A stretch of DNA of 64,000 bases from assembly GCA_035084275.1 (NCBI GenBank), contig CM068749.1, positions 16,864,001 to 16,928,000 of the forward strand. The letters are read 5' to 3'. A model generated the notes under the pieces. The model worked only from the letters and a program-made list of their open reading frames with translations, had not been told where the DNA came from and did no database searches. The translations under genes and the position numbers were made by a program. Positions 49,594 through 64,000 of this stretch are shown one piece after another. Positions within the stretch are counted from its first letter, which is position 1. Each line of letters starts with the position of its first letter. Origin of the DNA: Hydrolagus colliei. Its lineage: Eukaryota.

Positions 49594-51640
49594 CTCAATC
49601 GAACTCAGTTGTAATGTAGTACCAATGTCACAATGCAATAGCCTGCTGATACACTGCCAATGCTCACACAAAGAAAGATTATGTACATAATCTAGTGAAT
49701 ACCTACAAAACCAACCCTCCCATCTGTATTACATAAGCCACCTAAAAAGAAGAATTCCTTTTCCATCACTGCTAAAAATGTAAAAAATATAGTAGTGTAC
49801 TAAAAAATGCAGACTTCATGCTCTACAAACAACAAATTTTATTTGAGATGTTCAGCCCTCCCACTACATTAATTCCAACAATCTCCCAAATACCACTCGA
49901 GACTGGCTCGCATGGAGCAGCAGCTCACGGGATGGCATAAACAATCATTGTGTTGTCTGCAGCAATTTGATGCCCATAATATTATTCAAAAGTATGAACA
50001 ATTCTTCAAAGTTGATTAATAGAACCTATGTGACAAGACAATTAAAAATGCACAGTTCTTTTGTGGTCTCTGGCTACATACCAAACATTAAATGGTCAAG
50101 AACATTTAAAAAATTAAAATACTCTCCTGTTAAACTTAAGAAAGTAACTATTTTTTCAGTATTGTTCCATAGCATCCCTCCTGCGCCTCTGCCAAGTGTG
50201 TACTTTTACCCATCAACATTGATTTCAAACAACGCAGGCAGAGCCATGAATACATAACGTGCTGTTGGAAGGCTTTATTAAACTTGTGATGTCCATATGT
50301 TTCTGAATGACCAATTTCCTAGCATGAAGGGAGACAAAGGAATTTTATTTTTGAAATAAATGTTTTCATAAATAACTCCATATATTTATATACTTTTTTT
50401 TTAAAAAAGGATAATCTTCCATTTGTCACACAGTTTCGCGTGAAGGGTCTGGAAGAACAAAAAATACTGTTTAAAGCTCAAGTTACTATTTCTTTCAAAA
50501 TTGTTCCATAGTTCCTGTGCCGCTGCCAAGTGGCATTTTTACAGATCAACACTGATTCCAAAAAACACTTGTTAGTTTCAGCCAGAGCTGTGAACGCATA
50601 GAGAGTTGTTGGAAGTTGCTGAGAATGGGATTCATCAGCAAAGACACAAACATGACTTAAAGAAAAAGAACCTCTCACTTATAGAAGCATTACTGGTCTT
50701 ACCAAGGCTCACAGAAGAGGAAGAATTTAAGATAAACCATATGTGAGTACTCTGTAAAGAATGCGGGAAACTAAGTGGTACAAAATGAAGTTCTTAGGTT
50801 CCAAGGACCCTAGTGGTTAACCCTCCCTATAGAATGCCAGATTTACTCAGGGGATAACAAGTGGAGAAGAATGCTAGCAATGAGGGCTTGACTGCATTAA
50901 ATGTTTAAAAAGAAACTATAAAATGAGAGTTAAAAAAAATCAGAAATTGGTTGGCAGATTAAATCCAGATGACAGACAACAAGTTGAAGAGGTTTAGGCT
51001 TCCAGTAACACACTATGCATTCACAGTTTTGCCAGAAGCTGCAGCAAATGTCGATTGGAGCAGATTTAACTTGGTAAACAGCCACATAGACCAGTATAAA
51101 CCTACAAGTCCCCTTTCCTCAGAATTCCTGGCTATTCATGTAACCCATTATTCTTGTGTTATGATCCATAGCTTTAGATTATAATTTTTCACCTGTGATT
51201 ATTACAACCATCAACACCAGTGACCCATATGCTTGTGGGGGAGAAAAAGAATGAGAAAAACACAGCAGATTGGCCTTGTGAATCCCAGCTTTTCCTCAAT
51301 GAATCATTAACCCGATGACATGAAGTTTTGCTCTACATAACAGCAATAAAGCACACCTGAATTTAACTGTTTTTACAACACTCCCATGAACAAAAAAAGA
51401 TTAATTACCATGCAATCAACTCTTGATCAATATATGATTAAAAGTAGTAAAGTGAACTTCTGAGGTAACACAGTACCTATGATAGGAATTTCCACCTTTC
51501 CAGATAACCTGAAAGACAACATTTCAAACCCTCTGAGAAGCTTGGTTTGGAAAGGTTCCCGATTGTTTGGGCTGGGGCACTAACTAAGCAACAGGGTCTG
51601 TGTCCACGGTTCTACACGTACCAAACTCACAATCTTGGTG

Positions 51641-51930
51641 CAGTAAAATCTTGATAATCCGGCACAGTTGGGCCCATGTACTTCCCGGATTTCGGAGTCT
51701 GATGAGTTGGTATTTAGAAACCTACCTAGAAATGGCTTGGGAAGCACCACCCTAAACACAACACTGAAACGAAACAATGCCCAAGCTCCACGCACAGCGG
51801 CAAACGACAGAGCGGCAACGCTGTGAACTACAAACATTGGAAATAAATCTAATACTACATGTATTTTGAAATATTGCCGGTTTTAGGGAGTTGCTAGCTT
51901 TCAGAATGTTGGATTATTGAGGTTTTACTG
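51641..51930. mobile_element. Second Tigger-like MITE subfamily, 290 bp
   Basis: Imperfect TIRs CAGTAAAATCTTGATAATCCGGCA / TGTTGGATTATTGAGGTTTTACTG; TG on the left, TA on the right. Confidence 0.7.
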
Positions 51931-53661
51931 TATGTTGTAAGACAGAGTTAAATGGAAACCAGGTGTTTCCCCAGAAGGAAATGGAATGAAACCTGGAATG
52001 TAAGGCCCCTGAGCTGCAGCTCAGACCTCGAGCCCCTGGTTCAAGAGCAGATGAGCCTTAGATTTTGTGAAATAGTTTCAAATACATTTGAGGATTACAA
52101 ACAAATGAAAATGACATTGAATCCTATTCCTAATATACCATAGTGCTTCACTTGTATTTTTAAATCAATTTCTCAAGTTATTTTTCGACACAATGCGCAA
52201 AGTAGCAAGCAATAAGCTTTCATTGAAATCTACCAAAGATTTTTCCAGTAACTGGTGCCACAATCATTTGGGTGCAGCAGAACCGTTTGATGGAAGCTGC
52301 AAAGGCCCATTTTGTCAATTCCCCCCTCCTTTTACACAGCAGGGTGATTTTGACAGACCAACAAAGAAACTTTAGTTCTCTACTTGCTGATGAACAGCCT
52401 GTTTTGACATAAGGTCTAAGACTTGTGTTTGCTAGCTCCTGACCCTGCCCACTGTACAGGCCAATGGTGAGAGAGAGTAAAAAATACACTGCTGCCCTGT
52501 CCAGGCATAGCTCATCATGCACAAAGCAAGAAAATGTCATAATGATAATGGGGTCAGCCACGGAGTCCTTTTTGTGTGCTTAGATCCAAGTTATGAAAAG
52601 TAATGCTTCTCGAGACACCTTCTTGCTTACAGTGCCTCAGTGCTGTTAATGATACTGCTGTTACATAAACACATTGCGAGCAATAAAAGATTGGGTTCAG
52701 GGTGGAATGCGATGAAAGATCTGAGAAAGAGGACTATATAACCGCTACAGACATGAAGGGATTAAAAGCACTAATGCAATAAATGGGCTATTCATAGACT
52801 AATGTTTTCTTGGAACCACCAAATGACTGTGAAAGGTGGTATAGGTTGTAAGAGCAGCTATATGCAGGAGCACTTTCTACTTTACTGAATGTCAGTTCTA
52901 GATTGCCTACTGTTTTAAGAGAGCACATAACAAGCAACTCTCATTATTCTGAAAATGTAATTGACACTGCACTCGTCGGCCAACCATTTCGATGCTGGGA
53001 GTACTTTCCAAGCTGCCAACTACAAGAACCAGAATCAGAAGCTAGTCTAAGCTTCAAAACCCGCTGACCAAAAAACAAACTTGAGTTTGTTTTAAGAAAT
53101 GGTGGGAGCAAAACCAGACACTAATTGCAAATGCACTGAAATTCTAGGCGGTGGAGTCGAGGCTACAGTACCGATGTTGCATTTATTTATTGACCTTATA
53201 ACTTCAGCAGTATTGCTGGAAGGTAAATGCAGAAGTTTTGTTGTCTCCGGATATGACTAGATACACCAAAAGAAGTGATTTTTGTGGCATCTCCAAAAGA
53301 CAGCAGTTTAACTGGTGGTAATATAATACCCTATCCTGAGGCACTGGTCATGTTATCTTAAACACGGTGTCCGAGGACTCAGTTTGCCCAGTCAGACTTT
53401 CTGCTGACAAAAGGCAAAATGTTCCAGATGTTGGAGTGATCTGTGTGCATTCTTCCCAGCCAGGAAAGTCCAGTGGTCTGAAATCAAAGTGGTGTTTACG
53501 GTGAGGTGGAAACTACCCTGCAATGCAAAGAAAACATTCTACGGTAATACGTTCTCAGGATATTTCAGCTGTATTAATGTAAATGCAGCATAAAATTCCG
53601 AACGACATATAAAACAGGATAAAATGAGACAGGATAAAATAAAACTCATTTGACATTTTAG

Positions 53662-53937
53662 ATGGATGAATAGATTAGCACTCGTTGCCTTCGCTCGTCT
53701 GGCCTCCTCCTTGTCCCCCGTAACTTCCGCTCCACCATCGGCGGCCGTGCCCTCAGCCACTACGCCCCGAGGAACTCCCTTTCTCACTCCCTTCGCTTCG
53801 CCCCCCTCTTCGCAATTTCAGGTCTCAGCTAAAGACCTTTCTCTTCACCTTTCTGCCCCTGCCCCTGGCTCGGTCCTGGGATCTGTTATTGTGAAGCGCT
53901 CTGAGACGCCGTCTATGTAAATCAAAGTTGTTGTTGT
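53662..53937 (+). mobile_element. L2-like 3' end
   Basis: CpG and pyrimidine-rich body, GTGAAGCGCTCTGAGACG, (TTG)n tail. Confidence 0.65.
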
Positions 53938-56469
53938 AGATTAGGGATAAAATTATATAATGTTAAAAACACATGTGCTCATTCAGGATTGTCATTAGGG
54001 AACAGCTTCCTTCTGCTTTAGAACATAGCTCATTCCTATTGAGAGATATGTGCAATTTTTTAAAATAAAGTACAAAATAGACTGTATAAGCACAGTAGAA
54101 TGATGTAAAGCTTCCAGCTTAAATCTGAAGTGTACTCCGAAGGATAATTCAAACAATCAAGTACATAGTCAAAGTATTCACCACATTACAACACAAATCA
54201 CTAAGGAGGAATATTTTCTTTTCTAAGCAGACTGTGCTATCCAGACCATGTGGGTCTTTAGCAATTCCAAACAAATTGTGCATTTGGGAGTCAGATTCTG
54301 TTCTCACATTTCTGGAAAGAAGGGCAAAATACAATTCATTCGAAAACCTTGTCAAGAGCAGCAGCACAATGTCAACTTTGGGCTTTGCAATAGGGTTGTC
54401 ACAAACAGTAATTTATTGAAGTCAACCATTCAAACGATCTTCAGTCTGAATAGTCCATTATTTGACCCATTAATAAACTGGGTTCAGACAAAGGAAGTTT
54501 CATACTTTGAACTCATGGGGAGCTCGTGCTAGCTGTCTGGCTTCTCCAGTTGTTGGTGGCTCCCAACCTATATTCATTCTTCCACAGTATTTGGAAGCAG
54601 TTTAAAAGCACAATGACCAATGAGGTACAAATCTAGGTTCTTCATACACAACATTGGCATCTAGTACATTCCTATAATACACCAATGCATAAATATGGAC
54701 TTTCCAAATAATATAAAATGGCTAAGATTAGTGACAGTATATATAATCTAAAGGGGAAAATACAAAAGCAACCAGTAACTAACATAGGTTTCAAACTTGA
54801 GAAAACTTATCTATAACACCCAATTAACCTTTTGACAAGTCTGTACGGGGTAGCTGAACTGTCACTCATGCAGAAAAAAAGAGGCAGATTTACAGTCAGG
54901 CATGTCATGCCCTGCTGATAACAAAACTCAACCTCTCTTTGTACCCAGAGCACCTTTCTACCAGCTGAAACAACTACTAATCCCCAAAGCATGCTCAGAA
55001 CCCCCATCTGTGTTTATTTTGTAACAAAGTGGGGCTTAGTGCAAATTGAAATGTTCATCTACACGTTCTGTGTATACCAGCAAGAGGTTAAGGTGAATTC
55101 GCCTTCTGCAATAGCTCAAATGGATAATAAATATTGTACATAAAGGAAAAAGTTCAAGGCTGCATAGTTCTGGTAAATAACTCAAATGTGTGTATATTCC
55201 TTGTAGCTGGCTCTTGGCAAGCATTAAAATACATTTATTACAGAATTTAAGTATTTTGTCTTTTGAATTGAACATTCCATGTGTCATATTACCCTCCCTA
55301 GGAATAATTAAAAATAGCAAATGGCAGTCAAGCCACTGGAACTAGTATAATATTAAATACTAAAACACAGGAACCAAGCTATCTTTATCTTTGTAAAATA
55401 GTCTATCCACAGTTTAATTAGCTCTGTAGAAAAACAAATTACTGCTTTTTGGTGGGTGGGGTGGTGGGGAGTTTTTTTATTGCCAGCCCAATATTGTATC
55501 TTCCTCCTAACACAAACAAATTTCGACAGCAAACTATACCCAGAGTTCACTTCATTGATTTCTTACTTTTCTTACCCAATGAACTGTTACATGCTTAATT
55601 TTTACATGCAATTCTTGCGAATGAAAGCAAGGCCGTTACTTGGGACCTGGTCTGAAAATCAGCACAGCAAACCTGAGATTATGAGGGAGCCAATACTAGG
55701 TCTAGCCATTTTCTGGGTTAAGATTTGCTAAATTAATAGCCATTCCTGGATCATTGTAAATCTGTCAAAAAACATCAGCTTTCCACATCACTGTAATACA
55801 ATGAACAAATAGTTTTTCAATTGGCTTCTAACACAAATATCACTGCTCATTTAACAGTTGTAACAAACCGTACTTTCCGTTTAGGCTCAAAGAGTTTTGA
55901 TAGAATGGGTAATCTTAGCAGAGTGGCCAATCTTGGCCAACAAAATAATCATAGAAATAACAAAATAGCATAGATTTATCGAGAAATATTAAATCGAAAA
56001 ACATTTATTTTGTTGCAAAGTGGTTGGCCACTACTGGTTTAGCATCTTCTCAGTTTCACACAAACTCTAGTATCCTGAAGACCATCATTCCTATTGTTGA
56101 TTTTAATTACATTGGACCATGATCACATTTCAGATTAAACCGTGAAGTAACACGAGTCTACATTCAACCCAGCTCAGCTAATGTTGAAAAGGTTGATTTT
56201 AAGTGGAAAAATGGCATGGTGACAGTCACCTATGCTTTAGCTATCAATGTGATAAATATAAAACACTATAAATTAGCAAGGAACAAAGGCAAAAGTATTT
56301 TGTCATACAGCTTTGCTGAACAGAAAGAAGATCTAGGATTCGTGGTGAATATATTTGAGATTTATTTCTTAAATTTGTTTTATTCAAATGAAAGCAAAAT
56401 AAGGAATTGGCTGACATTAACAAAGGGACAGGGAAATAAATAGACATTTAATGTAAAGGCCAATTTACA

Positions 56470-56627
56470 ATCAGGCCAATTCCTATCTGGAATACTGTGT
56501 GCAGTTTTAGTTACGGATTATTGCCCCTGAGAGGGTACAGAGGAGAACCAAGGTGATTTCATATTTTAGGAATTTAAATTAAGAGGAAATGTTAAGGAAA
56601 CTGCATTTGTGTTCTTTGGAAAGAAAA
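56470..56627 (+). mobile_element. CR1 LINE ORF2 remnant
   Basis: YLEYCVQF*...ERVQRRTKVISYFRNLN*EEMLRKLHLCSLERK. Confidence 0.8.
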
Positions 56628-57018
56628 ATAGAATCAGAATAGAATCACAAAAAATAGAATCAGATTACAGCACTGAAGGAGACTATTAGTCTCTTCGAGC
56701 ATGTGCAATCCTAGCTCTTTCAACAGAGCGAACTACTCTAATCCCAATTCTCTACACATACACTGCTTTGTTGTTTGTCAAATGTTCATCGAATTCTCTA
56801 TTAAATCTGGTTATGGTCTGTCTCAGTAGCTACTTGTGGCAAACTATCACTTGTCTTTGTTCTAACTTTCCCCTTATCTCATTCAACAATAATTCTGAAT
56901 TTATGTCCCCTAGTTTCTGATTTACCATCTAGCATTCTAGCAACACTTCATTATTTATCCTCTTAACACCTTTCACAATGTTGAAGACTTCCAATAATCT
57001 TAACCTCTTCTGGTCCAG
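56628..57018 (-). mobile_element. CR1 LINE 3' end
   Basis: KRLRLLEVFNIVKG and ETRGHKF motifs; (GATTCTAT)-type tail repeats. Confidence 0.75.
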
Positions 57019-60000
57019 AACTCTGACCCTTTATGACTGGGATTTAGTGAACATACACTAAATCCATTTAATAGCTTGGACGTTCTTTCTGTAAAGGAGC
57101 GCCACTGGTGCCTTAACATCCTGTATCAAAGTAACAGAATAGGTAAATCCAGGCAACACCAAAAAGGACAAAGAGCTCCGCAAACTAATCACAAAAGCAG
57201 GACAAGTAGAGATTATTGAAATTCTTTACCCTCTCCCACCCTCTCCATCTTGAGGCCACTCTGTTCAGAAATAGAATGCCTGTGTTGCAAATTTTTATTG
57301 CTAATGGCAGAATACGAATAAGTGCTATTGTGATGGGCTATTCTCTGAAAACAACTGAAATAGTGAAAATATTTAAGTGTCCACAGAAGGACGAACAGTA
57401 CTATTCTTGAGACAACAGTTAACTTTCAGTTACCAGCGCTCCTGCTGTCTGCCAGCTTTAATTAGTCTTGTGTTTAATGATATAGACTCACATTCCAGGG
57501 TCACAGACTTTCAAGTACCCCAGGGGTCAGACATTTAGAAGGTCAATTACCTGAACTATGCCCCGTCTAGCTAAGTGTACGAGCGGCGCCAATATTCGGT
57601 GTTATGGTTTTTTTCTTAACAGGATTTCATTATAGCTGCTGGGATGACATGCAAACCATGTTATTTTTAAATAACTACATAACACACATGCAAGGGTAAC
57701 GATAGCTTCGTGAACAGATTAACCTTGTCACTCAAGCAACCATTTACCAAACAAAAGCACATTTGCAGGGTGAATGCAAGTTCACCTGAACTAATGAACA
57801 GCTTCACCAGTTTAGGTAGCACTAAAATGCTGGATAACTCTTTCCTGTGTTTATTTTTTAATGAATTTTCACTCTTGCTCAATCTAGATCACATAGAGTT
57901 TAACTGTTACTGTCAACTCATGTCAAATTATTAACTGAACACTTATGTCTTGTAAATTTGCAAATTAGAAATCGGAAAAAATTCAAAGCAAAATCTCCTG
58001 AAAATAATATGGCTGCACATATAGCAACTTCTATATTTTGATCTACATTGAGCCAATATTAAACTGAAAGCAACTGAACACTTGAGGATGAAATGTTGAC
58101 AAAGCACCAGTCTCACTGCACACTTAATTCTGTTCATCTTGAAATTCTGCAATGATCCTGACCTTTCTTATTAATTTATTGTTGTTTCAATGTAATTTAA
58201 CATTTCTTCTTACTGATGAACTACGAATAATGTAAATTTCACACTGCAGTCCTCCTGCAAGGCTAGAGCACACCAGGAAATAAACTTCAAAGTGTCAAGT
58301 TAACTAAAAGAAAAAAAACGAAATGATTGAGAGGATTAACCCTATGCCCTACAATTCTAAACGATGCTCTCAGAAAAAGCAATCTGTTTTGGATGAAAAT
58401 GTCAGACTGGAGGGCAGAGGGTTCACTATTTCACCAGGGGCTGCATTTGCAATGTTGCATTTTCATCCCCATTCTAAATGTAATTACTCAGTCCAATGCC
58501 TTGTACCAAGCTTCGCAAATGAAAATGCAGGGCTATCGACATTATTCCATTCTTGGTAATTTGTTTAAATGAGGAATTGTTGCCAAATGAATGCATCAGT
58601 GTTCTTGCATAGTACAAAAAGTTTAATTACAGAAATAGAGTGTTTTGTGTCTTGCAGCTTTTTATTGGTTTGGTTTGGCTTCAATTCCATCAATTTCGAA
58701 TATCATCTGAGCAGGTCTTCAACAATAAATAATATTTTGGATTGTTGGTGTTCAGACATTGGTGGAGTTTTTTATGGATTATTATTTACTTGTAGAGTTT
58801 CAATTTGAATGATTCACTTGATACCATTCACTATTGATATTACTCTTGCGGGAAAGTGTGTATAAATATTAACATGGTCTAATTTGCCAATATTCATATT
58901 ACAATATTATTGGCACATGTTAACTTCAGAAATTGGTGGCTACGCCTTGAACCACATTCTTAATCTTTGATTCGGTCAGTCTTCTGCTGAAGGTGGAGGT
59001 TTGCTGTTCTTAACTTGAAGAGACGGCTAATGCAGTAACCAAGCACGTGTCCTGGTGAACTAAACATAGTAGCCCAATTTGGGGCAAAGGAACACAGCTT
59101 ATATAAACACAAGATGTGCCTTCAACACATACATGCAGCAAGGAAGTCCTCAGTAGCATTACACAGCACACACTTCACTATTATCTGGTGCGACAAACCT
59201 TTTTTAAAAAAAGTTCCAAAGTATATCAAAGTGGTACCAATCTGTTATTGACCTGGGAAATCAGATGACAACAACAGGCATTCAACGATTAGTCTGTAAA
59301 AGATGCCTACAAAATGACATGACCCCCGCTATATTTCTGCCTCTGGCAGGTGCAAAGTATTATATAAAAAAAGACAATAGCATTTTCTACATTGATTTCC
59401 TTTCTTCAGAGTTCCATGAACCGCCTTTCTTCATTTGCACTATTTCACTAATCAAAGGCAGCTGTCAAATGTAATAGCTGTGCCTTCTTTGCACCATATT
59501 CCTGTAACACTATATCAGTGTAACACTGAATATTAGATACCCACTATTTAATCGGATCAGATGGTAAACTGCCTGTGCACCACACCTTTTCTATACTCTA
59601 ACCAAACAATGCTGCTAAACTTTCACCACCTTGCTGGATGTTCACAACAGTTAATGTTTTTGAAGGGAATTGAAAGGTATGCTCCGAACAATTCTTTAAT
59701 CAGATTAACAACTTTTCAACTCCAATGATTTGAAGTGTTTTGTTAATCCTTAAGTGGAGTGGAGCCATTGAGAGAAATTTAAATTTAAATTCAAATTTTA
59801 CTTGCCAGTCAGTTCTTATTGAATTTTGGTAATCGCTCTGAGTTGCTACCTGACGTGGATAGCGCTATATAAGTGCAAGTTATTGTTGTTAAAGCACTGC
59901 AAAAACTACAAGTGTTTGTTTAATTTAATTAATTTAATTAAATACCAAAGTCGGTATTTCTCATAATTCCACATTTTCAAAACAATTGCGCACTTTGCAT

Positions 60001-60500
60001 GACTGAAAACAATTGTTTGTGTAAAGCTGGTAATGGAAATTTTTTACATGCATTCAGAAACTGCTTCATCATTTGCCGTGCCAGTGCCACGGTTTCACAA
60101 GCTACTACAAGCTACAACAGTTAGGTGATACTGGAGCCACGTGAATGTTGTTGCCAGGGTGCCAGCCAGCTTTTAACAATAGACTTATTCAGTCGATTGT
60201 TAATAAACAAATTCGAACTAATTGCAGATAGGAACAAAACAAGACTCCAGTAAAAAATTACTAAATCCACAGATTTTAAGCATCATTCACAAAAATAGGT
60301 TGAAATTTCAGTCTTGCGTTAAACTAAATAAGAGTATTAACAATTCAGTAATTAGGACTAACACTGGATACTTAGCATGAAGCCATGAGCTAAGGGATTA
60401 CAGGAGCTTATCTTACTTTTCCACTGAAGAGATCTCAAAGATCACAGATGTTATCTAAACATTGAACCACATGAGAGCACAAAACCTATTCCATATTTAC

Positions 60501-60627
60501 CTGTAATGACATTGATATCCGGATACAGGTTTTCAGATATGCCCACTGCTTTGCTGTCACGTTCAAAAGCTTCTCGAAGTTCTTTCTTAACTGCAGCAGA
60601 GCCACAAAGACGATATAAGCCCACCAC
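60501..60627 (-). CDS. SYDE2: SYDE2 exon (RhoGAP arginine finger); upstream exons lie beyond the window
   Basis: 127 nt; [42 protein letters not shown]. Confidence 0.96.
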
Positions 60628-63600
60628 CTGGGAATAGAGTCACAACATGGTAAACTACTACTATGGAGAGAAACGGACACATTCATCAATAAATACCTCT
60701 GCTTAGCCAACAAATTGTCAATAGATATTTAAAATGCCAAGAACTCCATTCAATAGTGACAATCTGAAAGAGAATTTCTTCTCTCTGGTGGGTGGAGGGG
60801 TGAGGTGGGGAAAGGGAAAAGATTGAGCAGCTTCAAAATACTGCAGGTATAAATCAGCTGCCACATTGGCCTCCGTAACACTTCATTTCTAATTAATGTT
60901 ATCAATCCAGAATTCACAGAAGTCAGTTAATGACACTTTTTTTTAAAGAGTGAATAAAGAGAAAAAATATTTTCGTACATTTCCTCTCATGCCACTGATT
61001 TTCTGTTGGAAGCGCTTTGTCATTGACATTTATTCAGCGTAAAAGTGGATATAGTGGTTAAAGAAAAAAATACATTTGCTTATTTTGCCATAAATTTACG
61101 AAACAAAAATTTGGGACCATTCCGATATTTTCCAACTCAAAAAAGTCAGCTCTCACCAACTGAATTGAAACTGCAAAACTTCTTGTATTGCAAAGCGTAC
61201 TACACTTGATAAATGTTTGGAATACACAACCATAATTAATTTTATTATTTTAAAAAGGCATAGTTTTGACATTATCACTGCTGAGCAGAGTATCATTTAA
61301 ACTTTTCTATGATGTACAAGATGATCTTGATTCAAGTTTGTGTTGTTCAGCCTTAACCTCCAATTTATTCTCAGTCTAGGATCATAAATAAAATCTCAAC
61401 CACTTCATCTCCAGTAATTCTGCGTCATCAATGAGACCATGCCCTTAGCAGATTGCCCCAAGCAATAAACCAACAAATGGAAGTTGGCCAAGACCAACAC
61501 ATGAAGAAAGAAAGGGAGAAAAACAAGGATTCACAAGTCATCCAAATGTTTTGCTTCACAATGTTGGGAACTTTAAGCATCTCCCAATCAAGTATTTATT
61601 TGGTGTTTATTGCTACTAAACATCAAGTTGACTGAATTGATATTGCTGATTATTTTCATAGTACAGTACTGTACTGGAAGTTCAGGAAGAACATTCATAT
61701 CTCAAATAATTTTTTGACATGTCAATTACAGGTTTGGAGAGCATAGGGTAAATATATTGCCAGATGTGCAGCTCACTGAATTTTCACCCACTCATCCCAA
61801 AGATGGCCTGGCCTCTACCTTTTTTTAAATGACTTGTTGCTTTGAGATTTTAATGTGGAAAATGCTGTGATAAAAAAAGACTCTTTAAGCGAATGTCTCA
61901 AACGTAATCAGCAATTTGGTCTCAGAATAGCCAAACCCAATCAAGATTTTAGAGTGGTCACAAGTTGCATGTCAGATACTGATATGTGTACAGCAGTTAT
62001 ACAGCCAACATCTAGCATCTCCATTTATTACACAGCAATTACATGGCCAACTGACTAATGAAACAGTATGGAATGGGTGCTTTAGAAATTATAGTTACAC
62101 AGTTGCAGGATGAACTCTGATATAATTACACCAGAAAAGATTTTAAATGATTAACCAGTCAGACTCATACCAAATGGATTCAGTGAGATAAAGAGCTTAG
62201 CAAAGTTCAGTATCCCCACAAAACAAGGTTATAAGCAGCAAGAATAAATCAAGATTGCTTGTATAATCCAAGGATCAAAATAGTGCTCACAATCATCTGC
62301 CGTGCTGCATTCCCTCAAGCAAAAGTGTTTCACTCCCAGTTTGGAGGTAAGGGAATGTCAATGATACTCGAGTTCACAGTCTGCACTTCCCGTGTTGACA
62401 GCCTCAACAAAAATCAACAGGGATGTGTACTTTCTTGGGCACCTTATCTAATCACTATTTTCCTAAAGATCCTGTAGCATTACTAAAGCCAAAGCTGTGT
62501 TCGGCCCTTGTACCTTTGCTGCAACCCATGCCACCTTCAATTAGGGAAACCAACACTGTTCTGCTACAAAGCTGCCTTATTTAATTATAACTATGTGGGA
62601 AGCAACAGAAAAGGATTTATCGATGTGGAACCAATTAAGCAATACACAGGAAATAAACTATTGCCATATATATTATTATCCATATTACTGTATTATCATG
62701 GATAGACTAACAATTTCACGTAAAAGCCATGAAACATTAACAATCTTATCAGAAAATTTTATTTCACTAACACTATTAACATTCAAAGTATTAACATTCT
62801 TTCACAACATAAATACTTGCTGCTTGTTAAAAGAAAAGCTTTGGGTGTGGCACTTTCTCTGCACCACATATTTGAGGATTATATTCTGGTTACACCAAAG
62901 GCACCACTTGAATCAGACACATGCTTTAGCAGCGGTGGAAATGAACACCCCCTCAGGTTAATACAAACTGCTCCCATTGCAATACATTCAAAGATAAAGC
63001 AAAGCTCCAGGCACAGGCATTTAAACACCTATGCAAGATGTACTCAATGGTCTCACATTCCTGGTGAAAATGTAAGAAAAGAAGCCAATGGGAAGTCAAT
63101 GTTTTTCTAACACTACAAATCTACAAGTTTTTAAAGGGTTAATTCTACATTTACATCACATAAAACAGAAGTGATGCAAGATAATTAACACCAAATACAA
63201 AATGTTGAAATAGCATCAGTTTAGGCCACAGTATTTTATATAATTTTCACTTACCTGCACAGAAAAAACAGCTGTACACTAAGGCAATGTCCACAGTATA
63301 GTCATATTAGGCTGTAACCCTTAATTATAATCATGTATGATTATATACATGATGCGGCATAGCATATTATTAATAGTTTGTCATCAGTGCAGGTGACAAA
63401 CCATACACTAGCACCCTGCACTGACTAAAAATAACTTTAAAATCATTAATCCAAGGCCACGCGACACAGAAGCCAATGCTGAATATCACTAGAAAATGTA
63501 TTTCATATCTTTAGTTACTAATGAACGAAACATTTGTTTGTGCTTCATTTCTTCCAACTAACACAGTATCTTTATTCTTTCAAATACTGGCACGTTAGAA

Positions 63601-64000
63601 GGCTGGTATAATGACATGAATGGCTCCATTTTCCCTTGTTGAACAGAGTACAGATGCCATATTCCCAAGGACAAATACTCATTTCAGCAATCTTATCTTT
63701 GTGCACTCACCATTTCTCATTTTCTATATGAGGAAAAAACAGATTCACTGGAAGATCATATCATTAGGGCAAGAATCCAGCAAAATCCCTTCCTCCCCAT
63801 CCCCCTCACCCCAAAAAAATAAGCTAAATGCTAACAGTGAAAACACACTTTACTTTCAGTCCTCTATGTGTAAGTTTTGCAAATACTTTCTTTAGTGTTA
63901 AATTATTACTCCTTTCCACAGTTTGGCATAAACCAACATGGAGGATATGCACATATTCTTGAAGCCCATGATTTTGTTATGAGGCCCATATCAAATAATC

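Noticed and set aside
1-64000. CRISPR array, operon or prokaryotic defence system
   Set aside because: Eukaryotic intron-exon DNA; the recurring motifs are dispersed SINE and L2 tails, not regularly spaced repeats

Overview
AT-rich vertebrate genomic DNA with spliced genes, so most of the supplied ORF track is noise. The repeat content (a tRNA-head/Deu-like core/L2-tail SINE, L2 and CR1 remnants) suggests a cartilaginous fish, possibly a chimaera; this is inference from recalled repeat families. The window holds the conserved vertebrate gene block MCOLN2-like (minus, 5' part only) - MCOLN3 (minus, complete, 12 coding exons, 560 aa) - DNAI3/WDR63 (plus, complete, 22 coding exons, 905 aa) - SYDE2 (minus, last 4 coding exons). 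I built the exons by hand from GT-AG sites, phase continuity and remembered human orthologue sequences. I found no convincing wholly new biological system. The best leads are locus-level: an Asn at the TRPML3 pH-sensor His283 position, two candidate extra C-terminal MCOLN3 exons, candidate microexons in SYDE2 and DNAI3, an inverted repeat bracketing the MCOLN3 start exon, and a short templated insertion with a 10-bp target-site duplication. Repeat boundaries are approximate.
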